64,000 bases of DNA, taken from an uncultured Gammaproteobacteria bacterium. GTDB lineage: Bacteria > Pseudomonadota > Gammaproteobacteria > JABCZS01. The notes under the pieces were generated by a model that was not told the DNA's origin, did no database searches, and saw only the letters and a list, made by a program, of their open reading frames with translations. Shown here piece by piece: positions 36,457 to 46,815 of the stretch (its first letter is position 1; each line of letters starts with the position of its first letter). The translations under genes and the position numbers were made by a program. The DNA lies in assembly GCA_963848305.1 (NCBI GenBank), contig CAWKDC010000001.1, positions 1 through 64,000 on the forward strand. The letters are read 5' to 3'.

Positions 36457-37158
36457 ATGGGAGACTTCATTGCGATCAGCCTGATTCAGACCCTGCACAC
36501 TTTCTCGCAGATGGTCATGCAATTTCTGCCCCGGCTGCTGGCGATGCTCATCATCGTCGTCGTTGGTTGGGTGGTGGCTTGGCTGGCGAAGGCCATTTTG
36601 CCGCGCATCTTAAATCTGGTCAGATTCAACTCGTTGTTTGTTAAGGCCGGGGTCGCGCAAGTTCTTAACAAAGCGGCATTGCCCACTCCCAGCGAAATGC
36701 TTGCTCGCCTGATCTTTTGGGTCCTCTGGATAACCTTCATTCTTTTCGGGCTGGAGGCGCTGCAGATTCCGGCCTTGCAGGAGGAGATTTCGGGATTGTT
36801 CCGGATTCTTCCCCAGATCTTCGTGGCCTTGGTCATCCTTTTCGTCGGGGTCTTGATCGCGAATTTCGCCTCGCGCGCCACTCTGCTCGCCGCCGTTAAT
36901 GCCAACTCTCCCTCGCCCCGGCTCATCAGCACCGTGGTTCGTTTCGTCATCATCGCCCTGGCAGTGACCATGGCCCTCGAAAGGGTGGGACTCGGAAGAG
37001 GGGTCGTGCTGATCGCCTTTTCAACGTTCTTTGGCGCCATGATGTTCGGACTCGCGCTGGCTTTTGGCCTGGGAGGCCGAGACTTGGCCAAGCAAGTCCT
37101 GGAGCGCCGCTTTCTGGAGGAGAAGAAGGAAGAGGACCAGGGGATTTCCCACCTCTGA
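36457..37158 (+). CDS. Mechanosensitive-channel-associated TM helix (MscS TM_helix) protein
   Basis: Repeated LPRLL/LPQIF TM units; LALAFGLGGRDLA. Confidence 0.78.
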   Translation: MGDFIAISLIQTLHTFSQMVMQFLPRLLAMLIIVVVGWVVAWLAKAILPRILNLVRFNSLFVKAGVAQVLNKAALPTPSEMLARLIFWVLWITFILFGLEALQIPALQEEISGLFRILPQIFVALVILFVGVLIANFASRATLLAAVNANSPSPRLISTVVRFVIIALAVTMALERVGLGRGVVLIAFSTFFGAMMFGLALAFGLGGRDLAKQVLERRFLEEKKEEDQGISHL

Positions 37159-37209
37159 CCCTCGTCCCTTGCTACAGAACCAAGCGAAACTGGGGTGGGG
37201 GTGCCGTTT

Positions 37210-37287
37210 GACGTAGAGGCGGCTTTAGGCCGCCATTTGCCGTGGTTTTACGGTCGCGACATGGCGGCGTAAAGCCGCCTCTACGTC
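37210..37287. repeat. GTAG-type REP doublet (REPIN-like)
   Basis: gacgtagaggcggctttaggccgccat ... atggcggcgtaaagccgcctctacgtc. Confidence 0.82.
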
Positions 37288-37302
37288 TTCACCATCACTG
37301 AA

Positions 37303-38709
37303 CTAACAGCGGACAATCTTGTCACGATGGTGCGTCACTCGGGCAGTGGCGTTCCGCGTGTCCACCACAAGCGGGCTCTCGGTGACGACCAAGTCATAAT
37401 CCACATTGCTGTGGTCGGTCACGATCAACGCGCAATCGTGCGTGCGAAGCGCTTCCGCGGTCAGCGGGATGGATTCGCAGACCGAAGTCGTATTTCCGCA
37501 TCTTCCCCAGGCGCGGAACAAAGGGGTCGTGGTAGTCAACGTGAGCTCCCTGCGCGCCGAGCAATTCAATGATCTTCAATGCGGGCGATTCCCGGACGTC
37601 ATCGATATCCTTCTTATACGCCGCTCCCAGCACCAGCACGCGCGAGCCGTGCAAGGTTTTTCCGCGCTCGCCCAGCGCCGCCGCCACATGATTCACGACG
37701 TGATGGGGCATGGCCGTATTGATTTCGCCCGCCAACTCAATAAAGCGCGTGGGAAATTCATACTCGCGCGCTTTCCAGGTCAGATAAAACGGATCGACGG
37801 GAATGCAATGCCCCCCAAGACCCGGCCCCGGATAAAAAGCATTGAACCCGAAAGGCTTGGTTTTCGCCGCGTCGATGACCTCCCAGATATCGATGCCCAT
37901 GCGCATGCACAGAAGCTTGAGCTCATTCACCAGGGCGATGTTCACGGAACGGTAGATGTTCTCCAGAAGCTTCGTCATCTCCGCGGTCCGGGATGAACTG
38001 ACCAGTGGGTGCGTTCGAAGATACTCTGATAGAGCGCCTGCGCGGCCAAAGCGCTGGAGGCGTTCACGCCCCCGACGATCTTGGGAACCTGGCGAGTTTG
38101 GAATTGCTTGTTTCCAGGATCCTCGCGCTCCGGGGAAAAGGCCAGGAAGAAGTCCGGTTCCGCCCCCTCGGACGCCGTCACGGTGACGCCGTCGGTGGTG
38201 TAGGGGGAAACGGGACATTTCAGCCCGCCTTCTCCAGAATGGGAAGCATGTCTTCGTCGGTGGTTCCCGGATAGGTCGTACTCTCCAGCACGATCAATTG
38301 GCCGGGCTGCAAATGCTCGCTCACCAGCTTTGGCGGTATTCAGGACAAAGGAAAGGTCGGGTTCGCGGTGTTTGTCGAGAGGGGTGGGAACGCAGATGAT
38401 GATGGCGTCCATTTCTTTGAGCCGGGTGAAATCGTCGGTGGCCTGAAAACGCTTCTTTTCGACTTCCTCGGCAATGCTGGCAGCAGAGATATGATGAATG
38501 TAGCTCTCTCCCCGCCGGAGCTTTTCAATCTTGCCGGGGTCGATGTCAAACCCCGTGGTCTGCGAACCCGGCGTGGCGCACAAAAGCCCAAGGGGCAGCC
38601 CCACATAACCCAATCCGATCACTCCCACGCGAGCCGTTCGATCCTGAAGCTTCGCAGACAGGCCAGACACTCGCGGTCCCGGAGTAAATGGCCCTTTTCC
38701 AGTTCCCAT
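37303..38709 (-). CDS. UDP-N-acetylhexosamine dehydrogenase (WecC/WbpO-like nucleotide sugar dehydrogenase; frameshifted)
   Basis: [52 protein letters not shown] and [13 protein letters not shown] motifs. Confidence 0.9.
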
Positions 38710-38812
38710 GAATATTCCTCCCTCGTGCCTATATGATTATCGATCAGGCAGCCCAGCAGGCCGCCTGGCGGACAATGGCGCCCAAAGCCGGCCATACTGG
38801 AAATCGCTTTCT

Positions 38813-39596
38813 CTACCAATCACGCGCGAAGCCGGCCGTCCATCCGCCATCCACCACCAGCACGGTGGCGGTGACGTAGCTGGCGTCATCGGATGCCAGA
38901 AAAAGCGCGGCCTTGGCAATTTCTTCCGGCGTTCCCGGCCGGCCCAGCGCTACGTGAGACAACAAGCTGTCGCCAGTTTCTTCCCTTCCGGGCTGTAGAA
39001 CAGCGACTTCGTTCCTTCCACAAGGATCGAGCCGGGGGCGATAGCGTTCACGCGAATCCCATATTGCCCGACCTCCAGGGCGTGGGAGCGGGTAAAGTTT
39101 ATCACCCCGGCTTTGCCGCCGCGAAGGCCGATTGCACGCGAACTGGTACGACGCCAAACGCCGAACTGATGTTGATGATGGTTCCCTTGCGGCGTTTCAC
39201 CATGCGGGCCGAAACAGCCCGCGAACAATAGAAGAGCCCGTCCAGGTCCACGCGGATGATCCGGTGCCAATCGTCATCCAGGAACTCGTGAATAGGGTGG
39301 CGCTCTTTGCCCAGGTTGATTCCTGCATTGTTCACCAGGATATCGATTGGCCCGAGGTCCGCTTCCACGGCCGCGACCATCGCGTTCACCACATCCACGT
39401 CACCGACATCTCCCGGGTAGAATTTTGCCTTCCCGCCGCGCTTTTGAATCTCCGCAACGGTCTGCTCGCCGGTGGGTTTAATGTCATTCACGGCAATCAC
39501 CGCGCCGTTTTCCGAGAAAGCGTAGGCCATGGCCTGCCCAATACCCTGCCCGGAGCCGGTAATCAACGCGACGCGTCCCGCTAAGTCCACTTTCAT
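38813..39596 (-). CDS. Short-chain dehydrogenase/reductase (frameshift near 39110)
   Basis: [29 protein letters not shown] and VVDGGW motifs. Confidence 0.88.
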
Positions 39597-39746
39597 AGAT
39601 CTTCCTCCGAGGATATTAACCGTTGGCCTCGTTTCTGGTAAAGGAGCGGCAAGCGAGAAATGCGCCGTTCCCATCAAGCTTACGGCCGGTAAAAGGAGGT
39701 TCACTCCCCGGCACGAAATCTACTCTGCCTTAAGCCGCAAAGTCAA

Positions 39747-39797
39747 GTACAGGCGAGTTCACCTCGCCATATGGCGGCGTAGAGCCGCCTCTACGTC
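39747..39797. repeat. GTAG-type REP doublet with the MITE inserted at its foot
   Basis: gtacaggcgagttcacctcgccat-atggcggcgtagagccgcctctacgtc. Confidence 0.7.
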
Positions 39798-40003
39798 CAA
39801 CACAGTTCACTTAGCTGTCATCAGGGATTAAACAAATCTAATTACGTGCGAAGCACCTTGGAGTGCGAGTGGCAGCAGCCACCGCCTTCCGCCCGAGATT
39901 CATACGGGACTCGCACGAATGAAAGGCGGTGGCTGCTGCCACTCGCACTCCAAGGTGCTTCGCACGAGCCCATGTCAAAATGCGCGCTAAGTGAACAGTG
40001 TTG
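39798..40003. mobile_element. 206-bp MITE (copy 1) with 18-bp TIRs, 10-bp TSD and an internal 44-bp perfect palindrome
   Basis: TIRs caacacagttcacttagc / gctaagtgaacagtgttg; cctctacgtc at 39788-39797 and 40004-40013; arms at 39845-39888 and 39923-39966. Confidence 0.88.
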
Positions 40004-40116
40004 CCTCTACGTCAGAAGTTAAGCGTAGCTTCACTTCGATTGAGTTTTTGGGCGCTTCAGAGTAAGTTATGGCTGCCTTGGCGAATTGCAGCAGGGGGTC
40101 AGAACAGGGAGGCAGC

Positions 40117-42318
40117 ATGATCCAGCATCCTATTTGCGCAACCAGCACCGCGGACAATTGCATACGTCAAGTCTTGGGGAATTGGCGATGTGAACGCGCC
40201 TGCCTGAGCTTCTTTTCTCGCCTCGCACTAGTGGTCTTCCTGGGGGCCGCCATGATGCCATTTCCGGGCGGAGCGTTCGCGCAGGAAGGAGCTCCGGTGG
40301 CGCGGTGGTCATTCGACAATGCTACCGGCCCGGCGGTGCGCGACACGGCGAGCGGAACGGAGGACAAGGTTGGAGGTTTCTACCAATACGTTGCGGGGGT
40401 TTCTGGAAATGGCTTGCGGTTTGATGGATACACCACCAGTGTCGTCCGCAAGGCGGAAAATGCCCCCAGATTGCACGGTTCATTTTCGGTGGAAGCCTGG
40501 ATCGCCCTTGATACGTACCCATGGAACTGGATTCCCGTGGTTGACCAGGAGAAGGATCAGCAGGCAGGTTACTTTTTCGGCGTGGACGCGCTTGGGCACG
40601 TTGGTCTGCAGGTGGATATTGACGGGATTTGGTATTCCGTGACCTCGACCGACGCAAATTCCGCTGAAGAAGTGGGCTCAGATTACGGGGACCTTCGAGG
40701 AGAACCGTGGACTGACCCTATACCTTGACGGAAGAGAAGTGGGACGTCTAGCTGCGCGCGGTGCGATGCTGCCCGCCGATATGCAGGACTTGGTGATCGG
40801 CAGGGTGCGCGAACCGTTGCCTCCCTTCCCTTCTTTCGCCATTAACCCGTGGCATCCGGTCTGGTACTCGCTCGATGGCATTTTGGATGAGGTGGCGATT
40901 TATGACCGGAGTTTGAGCGGAGAAGAGGTTCAGAGGACCTACGCCTCTGCTCACGCCCCCGCCGGAGAAGTTATCCCGTGGCCGGTGCTTCCCTCCGGCC
41001 CTCCCGGAGCGGGTCCTTTCGGCGCCTACTATTACACCCTCAAGTACGAGGACACCTGGGACCGTCTGCGGCGCATCGGGCCTGATTCCGACGTGGTGGT
41101 CCGCTTCGACGACTCCCCGATTCGCCTGGTCTTCTGGCAGGGGACCGGCTACATCCCCACCTGGGTCACCGAGAACGGCACGTGGTATACGGACGAATTC
41201 CTTGAAGGGTACGCTTCCGAATGCCCGGACCACGGGGATTGCGAGCCCATGTCCGACAAGCAGGACAGGTATTCGCACGTCAACATTGTGGAGAGCAGCG
41301 ACGCGCGCGTGGTGGTTCACTGGCGTTATGCGCTGGCGGAGGTGGAACATTACCTGGGCGCCGAGCCCGATCCCTTGACGGGATGGTTTGATTGGGCCGA
41401 CGAATATTGGACGGTTTACCCGGACGGGGTGGCCATTCGCAAGCAGGTCTTGCATCCCACCGACCAGACCAAGGGGTTCGAATGGCAGGAAACCATTGTC
41501 ATCAACCCGCCCGGCCGCCGCCCGGACGATGATATCAATCTGGACGCCCTTACCATTGGCAATATGAAAGGAGAGACGGCCACTTACACCTGGCTGCCAA
41601 AGGCTTCAGGAGTGTACGGGGATCTGCACCAGCCTAAATCCATTGATAAACCTGAGAATCCAAATATCCAGTTGGTGAATCTGAAATCAGCCTGGAAGCC
41701 TTTTGAAATCGTTTCTCCCACCCATGCCAGATTCAAAGTCTTCAATGTTTCACAGTCCTATTTCTCGTTTGGTTGCTGGAACCATTGGCCGATCACGCAA
41801 ATTGCTTCCAGCGCCAGATATCTGCGTGGCGCCCGACCGGGCGTCGCACACCTCGCTTTCCCACATCTATTGGGACACCTATGCAACCACCGAAAGTTCG
41901 ATCACCAAGCTTCTGATGGATGGCTTGACCACGAAATCGGCCGCGGAACTGCTCCCGCTGGCGAAATCGTGGTTGTCGCCACCCCCGGTTGAACGTCGAA
42001 GGCGAGGTCTTTCAAAGCGAGGGCTACGACCCGGCGCAGCGGGCCTTTGTGGTGGTCCGGAAGAATGGCGGGAAAGCCGGCGGCATTGGCGTTGACTTTG
42101 CAGGCCAGCGATTCCTCACCGGTTTTGAATCCGGCCATCGTGATCAAGAACTGGGGAGATGGCGGCGGCGCAACTGAAGATCAACGGGAAACCGGTAAAC
42201 TGGGGGAAGGATTTCCGCCGCGGGTACGTTCAGGAATCTCGACGGCACTGACTTGGTCGTGTGGATCCGGCGGGAGTCAGTAATGCCTGTCCAGATCGCG
42301 TTGACACCGGCGCGCTAA
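40117..42318 (+). CDS. Secreted LamG/concanavalin-like domain protein (frameshifted)
   Basis: ARWSFD, GLRFDGY, FSVEAWI, GILDEVAIYDRSLS; C-terminal part with VVVHWRYAL and WNHWP. Confidence 0.7.
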
Positions 42319-42450
42319 AAAGGCCGTGCCGCGACCGAACACCTCTCGTAGTGGCAAGCCTCGGGTCCCGAAGCGCTAAGAAAAGCGTGGTCTCGAAGAG
42401 ATTGCCAGCCTGCATCGCGGTCTTTCAGCACTGTACCTTTGGGGGAGTCA

Positions 42451-43785
42451 ATGAACGAAACTAAAGTCGAAAGGCTCGGCAACGGATTGGGCGATAACAA
42501 CGGCCTGTCCTGGTCCTGCAATTACGCGCGGGTGATGGGCGCCCAGGAACCCTCCGTCAGCCCGCGGGAGCGATCGATCATCCGGGAACATGCGAAACGG
42601 GTGGCCGAGATCGCCGCCGACCCGTCGCAGCAGATCAAGAAGCAGCTCTGGCTCAGCCACAACGCCCTGGGAGAGACCCGGCCACTCATCTTCGCTGACC
42701 CGGAGAACGCGTGGTATGAGGTCATCCCCGCGGCCCAATTGCAGTGCGAAGGAAACCTGGCACGATTGTGGGAATTCAAGCTCCTGAAGGAAATCTACTG
42801 GGCCGAGAGAATCCGGGACGACAGAGTCATCGAACCTGCGTTTACGGTGTACCACATCTTTGAAGAAAGTGACTTCGGTATCGATGTGAAGATCATCGGC
42901 GCGGACACCGGGGGGGCCTACCGGTGGGAGTCGGCGCTCACCAACTACGCTGACATGGACAAGCTAAAGTTCAGGACGATCAAAGTAGATCCGGAAAAAA
43001 CCTCAAGGCTCTATGACCTTGCGAATGACGTCCTGGGAGACATCCTTGAGGTAAGACTCGCGGGTGTGTGGTGGTGGTCGCACGGCATGACCTCCGACCT
43101 GATCCTGCTGAGAGGTTTCGAGCAGGCGCTGTACGACATGTCTGACAACCCGGAGGGCCTGCACCAGCTCATGGCCTTTCTGCGGGATGAAAATCTGGCA
43201 AAGCTCGATTTTCTCCAGGAGAACGGGCTCCTCTCCCTCAACAATGGCGGCGACTTTGTCGGTACGGGGGGCTATGGGTGGTCGAGCGAGCTCCCCGCGG
43301 CAGGCTTCGACGGTCGGCGGGTAAGAACCCAAGATATGTGGGGATTCTGTGAGAGCCAGGAAACCGTGGGGGTCTCACCCAAGCAATTTGAGGAGTTGGT
43401 CTTCGCCTATCAGCTACCGATCCTCGAGCGCTTCGCACTGAACATCTACGGCTGTTGCGAGCCGCTCGACGGCCGCTTCGACATCATCAAGCGAATTCCC
43501 AGGCTGAGGAAGGTGACCGTGTCGCCGTGGTCGGATCCGCGCGGGATGGCGGAGAAGATCGGCAGGAACTACGTCTACAGTTGGAAGGTCAAGCCGGCGG
43601 AGATCGCGCCGCCCGTCATCGATGAAGCGCAGATCCGGCAAGGGCTTCGCGACGCATTCGAGGCGACTTCCAGGAACAACTGCCGCGTCGAGGTCCTGAT
43701 GAGAGATGTCATGACGCTGGGAGGAAATCCGGAAAACATCATCCGGTGGACGCAAATCGCCCGCGAGGAATCGGAGCGTTCGTAG
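42451..43785 (+). CDS. Uroporphyrinogen-decarboxylase-like (TIM-barrel) protein of unknown function
   Basis: LRGFEQALYDMSDNPE, SQETVGVSP, YGCCEPLD and VSPWSD motifs. Confidence 0.65.
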   Translation: MNETKVERLGNGLGDNNGLSWSCNYARVMGAQEPSVSPRERSIIREHAKRVAEIAADPSQQIKKQLWLSHNALGETRPLIFADPENAWYEVIPAAQLQCEGNLARLWEFKLLKEIYWAERIRDDRVIEPAFTVYHIFEESDFGIDVKIIGADTGGAYRWESALTNYADMDKLKFRTIKVDPEKTSRLYDLANDVLGDILEVRLAGVWWWSHGMTSDLILLRGFEQALYDMSDNPEGLHQLMAFLRDENLAKLDFLQENGLLSLNNGGDFVGTGGYGWSSELPAAGFDGRRVRTQDMWGFCESQETVGVSPKQFEELVFAYQLPILERFALNIYGCCEPLDGRFDIIKRIPRLRKVTVSPWSDPRGMAEKIGRNYVYSWKVKPAEIAPPVIDEAQIRQGLRDAFEATSRNNCRVEVLMRDVMTLGGNPENIIRWTQIAREESERS

Positions 43786-43955
43786 GGCCGAACGGCGTTC
43801 GGCCCGGGCCAGCGCTACTGGCGACGCTTGAGTTTTGCTCCACGGAGGGCGTGAAGTGCAGGCCAAGGGTTTGAGGCGCGCCGGGGCAGGGGTCGACTCA
43901 CCTGACCCACACCCCGGCGGAACTGGCGCCCAAACCGACTGCCGGCATGCAGCAC

Positions 43956-44465
43956 CTATTGCATATACGACACATAAACGTAGTCAGTGCTCTTCTGCGT
44001 TATGTGGCAGCTAAAACACTCTTTCTTCATGTCCTTCACGGAACCCGCTACTTGATCGTCCTGAAAAACTTCAAAGCCCCACCCTCCTGTGTCCGGATAA
44101 AGCTTGGAGTTTTTCTTCATCAAGTAACGGGCCTTCATTCCCCGAGGCTCGATTGCCCCCTGGGGGGTGCTGATGTTGAAGAGTTCCATGGCGAACATCG
44201 AACCATCGGCATATGCTTTGTGGTCCTTTAACGAGGTCCAGCCGATGTCATTCACATAAATGTTGTGGAGACCTCCAAACATGTCATACAGTTTGTTCTC
44301 TTTACTAAAGATCACCATCGTTCTGGTGTGCCTCCAATGGCGGGGATCGTTGGGATAGGCAGGATAGGCAAGGGCGGGTTTCTTCTGCGCCTGGGCCACT
44401 AAGGTCCCCAGGCCCACCGCCGCGCTCACGAAAACCATTAGTAGAATCTTAGTTCTTGAGGTCAT
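43956..44465 (-). CDS. Cytochrome P460-superfamily (c'-beta-like) protein
   Basis: Signal peptide; HNIYVN, YADGSMFAME, TGGWGFEVF; C-terminal CFSCH heme site; SD gaggagg. Confidence 0.85.
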   Translation of the reverse strand: MTSRTKILLMVFVSAAVGLGTLVAQAQKKPALAYPAYPNDPRHWRHTRTMVIFSKENKLYDMFGGLHNIYVNDIGWTSLKDHKAYADGSMFAMELFNISTPQGAIEPRGMKARYLMKKNSKLYPDTGGWGFEVFQDDQVAGSVKDMKKECFSCHITQKSTDYVYVSYMQ

Positions 44466-44574
44466 GGTGAGATACCTCCTCGTTCTAGGTTGGCGTGACT
44501 TCCGCACTACGTAAGCAAAGAAAAGGCTTTCAGCGGCACCCATTCTAGCGCGGTTATTCCCGATTCTCTATATC

Positions 44575-44623
44575 TTCATGCAATATCTTCTTCACGCGAT
44601 ATCATTTTTCACGCGATATCATT
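44575..44623. promoter_or_regulatory. Three direct repeats TTCAYGCRATATC in a divergent promoter region
   Basis: ttcatgcaatatc (44575), ttcacgcgatatc (44591), ttcacgcgatatc (44608). Confidence 0.45.
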
Positions 44624-44691
44624 GACTGCGAACACCGACTATGCTAAAAACTCTCTGCTTTTTTGCCCCAAGGTGACCATCGATTACGCTC

Positions 44692-46392
44692 ATGCAATGC
44701 CCCGTGCTGTTCCCTCCCAATCCTCTCATCTGGACTACGGCCTTTATGAAAAAGGTACCCTGCTTGTGGCTGGCTTTTCTATTCTCTGGTCTCGTATGGT
44801 TTGCTCTCCCCGAAAGGACAATGACTGGATCGGCGGGATTCGCAGACAATGCCTTTCCGGGTGAAAGCAATCCAGACATGTCATCGCGGGATCCGCACTC
44901 TTCCGCGGCAATCTGCTACGCCTCACCCCATGGGAATGACACGGCGGATGGATTGACCTTCAGGAGCGCCAAGCAGGATGTGATGTCGTGCTATGACGCT
45001 ATTCCTGGTGGAACCATTGTCATGCTGGATGGCGGTCACGGAGTCCCGCTGCGCGCCTGCCCGCGTGTGGATCCCGCAGGCTGCGGAATCTGGATCATGG
45101 GTTCAACAGACCCAAATTATGCACACCCCCCTGCCGGGTGGAGAAAAGAAAAGGCCATTAGTTTTGTAGGAGGCATGCGAACCGGTGACGAAGCGCTCGG
45201 TCATGACTACCAAACCCATATCGCCGCCGGCGGATCTGACTCGAAGCATCCCGGAATTTGGCTGAGTTCCACGTTTCAAATAACCTTTGAAAACATTTTT
45301 ATAACCTCTTGCCTGCCGGCTTTGGTCGGGACAGACTCCAACAGAAATCCGGCAAACGGGCAATCGTGGGACAATGTCTTCGATAACGTCGGGTTCTGGG
45401 CAACAAAATCTGTGGGCTGCGGGCCGGGGATCTTTATCAGTTCATCCTCAAGCCGCAACTTCATTAGGCACTCACAGGTTCAAGGGTCGACGTCAGAACA
45501 TGCCCTCGCCGCAACGATCTCGCGCCAATCGAATATCGTGACCTTCACGGCTAACGCCAAACTGCCGGCATCGTGGAAAACGGGCATGGTGGTCGGCGTG
45601 GAAGGCGTTCGTGACCCTGATTTCGACGGCGGGGATTTCACCATCACGCTCATTGGCGCCAAGACGTTCACCTATCCCCAAATCGGGCCGGAAGCCACAT
45701 CCTCCGGGGGCAGGGCGGCCTCAGATGGCAATCAGGCAATCGTGATGAACCCCCATGGGGCACAGGGAAACTCTCTGTCCGCGGATGATTTACATTTATA
45801 CGATGGAGCCATGAAGGTCTATGCCGGGACTTCGCGCACAAACTTAGATGTCGCTAAAGTAGACCAAGAGGGCGGGTTTGGCCCTGCAATCTGGATTGCT
45901 ACCTGCAATTCTTCAATGGTTGTAAACGCCCAGGACATTCGCACCGCCAAGCGGGACCTAGACGGAATATTTGCTTCGGTCAGATCTGATTGCACCAAAA
46001 GCGCGCAAGATCTTGCCAGCAGACCACACGTCCAATACGCCTCTGTCGAGGGTCCAGCAAGATTTTTTGGGGGCGAGGATCCGTCAAGGACAATCGCAAA
46101 TCCACCCTTAAGGAGCCAGCGCGGGAATCTCAAGAGCGGACTTACCAAACAAACGAAGGCCTTTGCCGTGCAAGTTGGCGCATTTCGCGATCCCGCCAAT
46201 GCAGACCTTGTTAGGGCACGCGTGGGGGCAACCTATGGCCCGGTGGTCATCACCCGTTCCGACCAGAGCAACCATCCCTTCTACCGAGTTTGCGTGGGCC
46301 ACGAAAGTTCCCCGAGTGCGGCGCGGGAATTAGGGGAAAAGCTTCGCAGCGCAAATTTGGCGGCAGGGACTATGGTCGTCAGAGTGAACTAG
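44692..46392 (+). CDS. Beta-helix/pectin-lyase-like protein with C-terminal SPOR domain
   Basis: YASPHGNDTADG start motif; C-terminal FAVQVGAFRDPANA...YRVCVG...AARELGEKL; N-terminal hydrophobic segment. Confidence 0.6.
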   Translation: MQCPVLFPPNPLIWTTAFMKKVPCLWLAFLFSGLVWFALPERTMTGSAGFADNAFPGESNPDMSSRDPHSSAAICYASPHGNDTADGLTFRSAKQDVMSCYDAIPGGTIVMLDGGHGVPLRACPRVDPAGCGIWIMGSTDPNYAHPPAGWRKEKAISFVGGMRTGDEALGHDYQTHIAAGGSDSKHPGIWLSSTFQITFENIFITSCLPALVGTDSNRNPANGQSWDNVFDNVGFWATKSVGCGPGIFISSSSSRNFIRHSQVQGSTSEHALAATISRQSNIVTFTANAKLPASWKTGMVVGVEGVRDPDFDGGDFTITLIGAKTFTYPQIGPEATSSGGRAASDGNQAIVMNPHGAQGNSLSADDLHLYDGAMKVYAGTSRTNLDVAKVDQEGGFGPAIWIATCNSSMVVNAQDIRTAKRDLDGIFASVRSDCTKSAQDLASRPHVQYASVEGPARFFGGEDPSRTIANPPLRSQRGNLKSGLTKQTKAFAVQVGAFRDPANADLVRARVGATYGPVVITRSDQSNHPFYRVCVGHESSPSAARELGEKLRSANLAAGTMVVRVN

Positions 46393-46815
46393 AAAGTTTC
46401 CCAATGTCCGCGCAGCGTCTTCTCCTCTTCGTTCACCATATCACTCAGATTCAGCATCTTTGCCCACAGGACTTGAGATACGTTAACTCGTTGGGCATGT
46501 CAATGTCTCCCAATAATTCCGTGGTGGACTTGTCAAATCTCCCCGCTTAGGTAAAAGTCTTCTGTTATTGCGGAACCACTTTGGGCAAATTGTCCCTGCT
46601 AGGCGACCTTTTCGTCCTCACGCTTTGACGCTTCAGGATATTTTACGGACATCATGACCGAAAACATACAATATCTAGCGTATCTTTAGATTTCCTACGC
46701 AATCTAGAGTATGTCACATAATAATCATGCGATTTAAGGTAGTACCTGAGTACTCTAGACTTCAATATGTGATACCGGTAATTTAGTCGGGCGAGGACTG
46801 AGGAGTAATATTTTT

